Shown here: positions 61,312 through 64,000 of the stretch, piece by piece | Position numbering within the stretch: the stretch's first letter is position 1 | Layout of the letters: every line of letters starts with the position of its first letter | Assembly (NCBI GenBank): GCA_964615415.1 | Contig: CAZTNI010000002.1 | Location: forward strand, 190,745-254,744 | DNA from: an uncultured Candidatus Saccharibacteria bacterium | GTDB lineage: Bacteria; Patescibacteriota; Minisyncoccia; Phycocordibacterales; SBAW01 | Length of the DNA: 64,000 nucleotides | Direction: 5' to 3' | Notes under the pieces: model-generated | The model's input: the letters and a program-made list of their open reading frames with translations, nothing else | Database searches by the model: none | What the model was told of the DNA's origin: nothing | Made by a program: the position numbers and the translations under genes

Positions 61312-61725
61312 TCATTTGAAGTTCGTCTGGGTTGTCGCGATGTATCGTTCTATGTTTTTCAAACTATTTTCTATGTGTCCAATACGTAGAGCTATTTCAT
61401 CGATACGGTTCTTTTCTTCGCTTAGTTCGATTTCTGTCTGCTCAGTAATCTTCTTTTCCCTCTTATAGCCTGAGAGGATAATATTGTCTCCTATAAAAAA
61501 GGATACAAAAAGTCCGGTTGGAAGGAGTAACATAAGACCAATCAAGACCGAGGGCAGACCAAAAAGCTGTGGCCAGTGTTCTGCTGTTTCCCATACTCCT
61601 TTCCAAAATAACACAATACCAACACCGCCAATACATGCGTAGAGGATTGGTCGGTGGCTTAAACGAGCGCGAATACTATCCTCAGACTTGTCAAAAAAAC
61701 GAATAATTTTATTAAAATTTTTCAT
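61312..61725 (-). CDS. Hypothetical membrane protein with a coiled-coil C-terminus
   Basis: 137 aa with two hydrophobic helices. Confidence 0.5.
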   Translation of the reverse strand: MKNFNKIIRFFDKSEDSIRARLSHRPILYACIGGVGIVLFWKGVWETAEHWPQLFGLPSVLIGLMLLLPTGLFVSFFIGDNIILSGYKREKKITEQTEIELSEEKNRIDEIALRIGHIENSLKNIERYIATTQTNFK

Positions 61726-61748
61726 ATAAAAACACCAGCGTCCTTAAG

Positions 61749-62114
61749 TCATTCGAATGGAATCTGGCAATCCTCAAAGCAGTGGGCTTCGCGGTTGAGT
61801 TTATATACGCGCTCGCGTCCGCGGTCCTCGCTACCAACCGCGTCAACTGAGCGCAGCACGTTTAAATGGTGTGTAACGGTAGGTTGGGTTAGTTTAATTT
61901 GCGCGGTAATTTCTCCCACAGTGAGACCCTCCTTTGCCTTACCAAGCATGCAGACCATATTGTAACGGCTCCTATCACCAACTACCTTAAAACAGTCAGG
62001 ACAGAGTTCTTCTTCGCCGCTTTTAACCCATGAAGGACGTTTATACGTCTTCTCCTCTTTACCGTGTTCGGGTTTCGTTTTCATGTTTGTTGTCCCCAGC
62101 TTTTTCTTATTCAT
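61749..62114 (-). CDS. ArsR/SmtB-family HTH transcriptional regulator with flanking Cys pairs
   Basis: LTQPTVTHHLNVLRSVD fits the ArsR recognition helix. CPDC and CFEDC motifs. Confidence 0.75.
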   Translation of the reverse strand: MNKKKLGTTNMKTKPEHGKEEKTYKRPSWVKSGEEELCPDCFKVVGDRSRYNMVCMLGKAKEGLTVGEITAQIKLTQPTVTHHLNVLRSVDAVGSEDRGRERVYKLNREAHCFEDCQIPFE

Positions 62115-62173
62115 AGATGAGTATCTATAGGTATTATGTATAGACCGTTATCAATATATCACTCTTTTACAAT

Positions 62174-63466
62174 ATGCAAAAAACGAAATCCACAGCACTC
62201 ACCACAATCACCAAACGCGATGGCTCACAAGTCACTTTTGACGAAAGCAAAATTGCTGTCGCGGTAGAAAAGGCGATGGAGGCTGTTGGCAATTTTAAGA
62301 AGACCGATGCAGAGAAAATCGCGCATGAAGTAGTTTCAAAACTTGAAGTGGCATATCAGGCAGACCCTTCTTTTGAGGTGACCGTGGAACGCGTGCAGGA
62401 TTTCGTTGAGTTGACTCTCATGGAGAGTGATTATCACGATGTAGCGAAAGCCTACATCCTGTACCGTGACCACCGGGCGCAGATGCGCAAGCGCGATATT
62501 TTTAAAAAGCGCATCAATCTCAAGCCACATGAGTACCCAGAGCTTTTGGAGTATGTGGATGCGATCCGCCACTCCTATTGGATTCATACAGAATTTAATT
62601 TTACGAGCGATATCCAAGATTTTAAAGTACATGTAAATGAGGCAGAGCGAAGCGCAATAACGCACGCGATGCTAGCCATTGCGCAAATAGAGGTTTCGGT
62701 AAAAACATTTTGGGGCGATGTGTATAAAAAAATGCCGAAACCTGAAATCGGCTCAGTCGGCTTTACCTTTGCAGAAAGTGAGGTGAGGCATCAGGACGCC
62801 TACGCCCATTTGCTCGAGATACTGGGCCTCAACCATGAGTTTGAAAAAATAAAAGATATACCGGTCATCATCCAAAGGATCACGTATCTGGAAAAATCGA
62901 TCAAGAATGCCCGGAGCGACGATAACCGCGAGTATGCACAGGCCATACTACTCTTCTCGCTCTTTATCGAGCACGTATCGCTCTTCTCGCAGTTCCTAAT
63001 CATCATGGCATTCAACAAGCACAAAAATCTTTTTAAGGGTATATCCAACGTCATTGAGGCCACTTCCAAGGAGGAGCAAATCCACGGCCTCTTTGGCATA
63101 GACCTTATCAACATTATTAAAAACGAGCACCCTGAGTGGTTCGACGATGCGTACAACGAGTCGATACTTGAGTCATGCAGAGAGGCATACGAGGCAGAGA
63201 GTAAAATCGTCGATTGGATTTTTGAAAAGGGGGAAATCGACTGTATGCCAGCCAAAGTGGTGAAGGAGTTTATTAAAAACAGATTCAACAACTCACTTGA
63301 TTCCATTGGACTCCCCCGAATATTCGATATCGATGAAAAGGAACTGGAGAAGACGGAGTGGTTCGATGACGAGGTTATTGGGACCAAACACGGCGACTTC
63401 TTTGTAAAACGCTCTATCAACTACAACAAGCGAAGCAAAAGCATTACTGAAGACGATCTATTCTAA
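62174..63466 (+). CDS. nrdB: Class I ribonucleotide reductase beta (R2) subunit with an N-terminal ATP-cone
   Basis: N-terminal ITKRDGSQVTFDESKIAVAVEKA fits the ATP-cone. Ferritin-like diiron ligands in FAESEVRHQDAYAHLL (ExxH plus radical Tyr) and SKEEQIHGLF (ExxH). Confidence 0.8.
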   Translation: MQKTKSTALTTITKRDGSQVTFDESKIAVAVEKAMEAVGNFKKTDAEKIAHEVVSKLEVAYQADPSFEVTVERVQDFVELTLMESDYHDVAKAYILYRDHRAQMRKRDIFKKRINLKPHEYPELLEYVDAIRHSYWIHTEFNFTSDIQDFKVHVNEAERSAITHAMLAIAQIEVSVKTFWGDVYKKMPKPEIGSVGFTFAESEVRHQDAYAHLLEILGLNHEFEKIKDIPVIIQRITYLEKSIKNARSDDNREYAQAILLFSLFIEHVSLFSQFLIIMAFNKHKNLFKGISNVIEATSKEEQIHGLFGIDLINIIKNEHPEWFDDAYNESILESCREAYEAESKIVDWIFEKGEIDCMPAKVVKEFIKNRFNNSLDSIGLPRIFDIDEKELEKTEWFDDEVIGTKHGDFFVKRSINYNKRSKSITEDDLF

Positions 63467-63486
63467 AAAATATACATTCCCTCACT

Positions 63487-64000
63487 ATGAAATGGCTCAA
63501 TGAAAACAGCAGAAAATTCCTTGCAAAGGGATATTTAAAAGAGGGACAAAGTGCCGAGGAGCGGATACAATTTATTGCTAACCGTGCCGAGGAAATCCTC
63601 GGTATGGACGGATTTGCCGAAAAGTTCTACGGCTACATGTCGGAAGGTTACTATTCTCTCTCGACTCCCGTATGGACTAACTTCGGGCTGCATAAGGGGT
63701 TGCCTATCAGCTGCTTCGGATCATACATAGGCGACAACATGGGGCAAATACTCTATACGCAGGCTGAGGTCGGCATGATGAGTAAATTTGGCGGCGGAAC
63801 GTCAGGATATTTTGGTGCGCTACGGCCGCGAGGATCAGCTATTACCGACAATGGTGTTTCATCGGGGTCGGTGCACTTTATGCGGTTGTTCGAGAGCATG
63901 GTCAATGTGGTCAGCCAAGGTTCGACACGGCGTGGCCACTTCTCCCCCTATTTGCCAATTGAACATCCGGACAGCGAAGAATTTCTCGACATTGGCGTCG
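63487..64000 (+). CDS. nrdA: Ribonucleotide reductase large (alpha) subunit, 5' partial (runs off the window end). No N-terminal ATP-cone.
   Basis: STPVWTNFG, PISCFGS, KFGGGTSGYFGALRPRGSAI...SSGSVHFMRLFES match class I alpha-subunit N-terminal blocks. Confidence 0.8.
   Translation, partial: MKWLNENSRKFLAKGYLKEGQSAEERIQFIANRAEEILGMDGFAEKFYGYMSEGYYSLSTPVWTNFGLHKGLPISCFGSYIGDNMGQILYTQAEVGMMSKFGGGTSGYFGALRPRGSAITDNGVSSGSVHFMRLFESMVNVVSQGSTRRGHFSPYLPIEHPDSEEFLDIGV

Noticed and set aside
1-64000. tRNA/rRNA genes, CRISPR arrays, transposases and integrases
   Set aside because: No T-loop/acceptor-stem patterns, direct-repeat/spacer arrays, or transposase/integrase-like ORFs were noticed by eye. A tRNAscan/Infernal run would be needed to be sure.

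Overview
The window contains about 70 protein-coding genes and no rRNA, tRNA, CRISPR array or recognisable mobile element that I could see by eye. GC content is about 50%. There are many secreted/surface proteins, a type-IV-pilin-like gene, and a protein that reuses a sigma-70 region-4 helix-turn-helix. This gene content suggests a small-genome uncultivated bacterium (CPR/Patescibacteria-like), but that is inference.

Housekeeping genes recognised from hallmark motifs:
- leuS (HIGH and KMSKS present), carrying an apparently inserted NUDIX domain, with a stand-alone NUDIX gene directly upstream
- mltG, mnmA, glmS, uppP, an MGMT-family DNA-repair gene and an MgtC-family gene
- class I ribonucleotide reductase genes in nrdB then nrdA order; nrdB carries an N-terminal ATP-cone and nrdA is truncated at the window end

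Accessory and unusual content, in window order:
1. An ATP-cone fused to an Mrr-type PD-(D/E)XK endonuclease, next to an orphan Cas4-like 4-Cys nuclease.
2. A run of six secreted proteins at 16.2-26.5 kb. Three consecutive genes share a novel 'VNTN...TGDA' repeat. One of them is 990 aa and also carries a DUF11-like region and a C-terminal peptidoglycan-binding domain. Two CBM-CE4 deacetylase paralogs follow.
3. A minus-strand operon encoding two PMI-type cupins, three GH130 domains and a eukaryotic-type phosphomannomutase-like HAD protein. Together these form a nucleotide-sugar-independent mannose-phosphate/beta-mannoside module.
4. A surface-polysaccharide island at 31.6-46.9 kb bracketed by two paralogous lectin-like secreted proteins. 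It contains a processive QxxRW GT2 synthase, a UDP-N-acetylhexosamine dehydrogenase, a membrane CE4 deacetylase, GT4 and GT2 genes, uppP, a DedA protein, a two-component system and a hybrid histidine kinase.
5. A tightly packed minus-strand operon at 53.8-58.4 kb: PhnB-like protein, PqqD-like protein, GT2, HPr-kinase-like P-loop kinase, GT2 and a PF14907-like nucleotidyltransferase, followed by a 374-aa unknown protein. It resembles RiPP-tailoring cassettes but lacks a recognisable protease, cyclase or precursor. This is my top candidate for an undescribed system.
6. A NirK-like two-domain cupredoxin with a Gln at the axial type-1 copper position.

Many intrinsic terminators are visible. Most minus-strand ones read as 'AAAAGAAAAGCCGCC...' on the plus strand. 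One 20-nt hairpin sequence occurs twice, flanking a coiled-coil gene. Two structured intergenic regions look like candidate leaders or small RNAs. All identifications come from motif reading of the provided translations; no database search was run.
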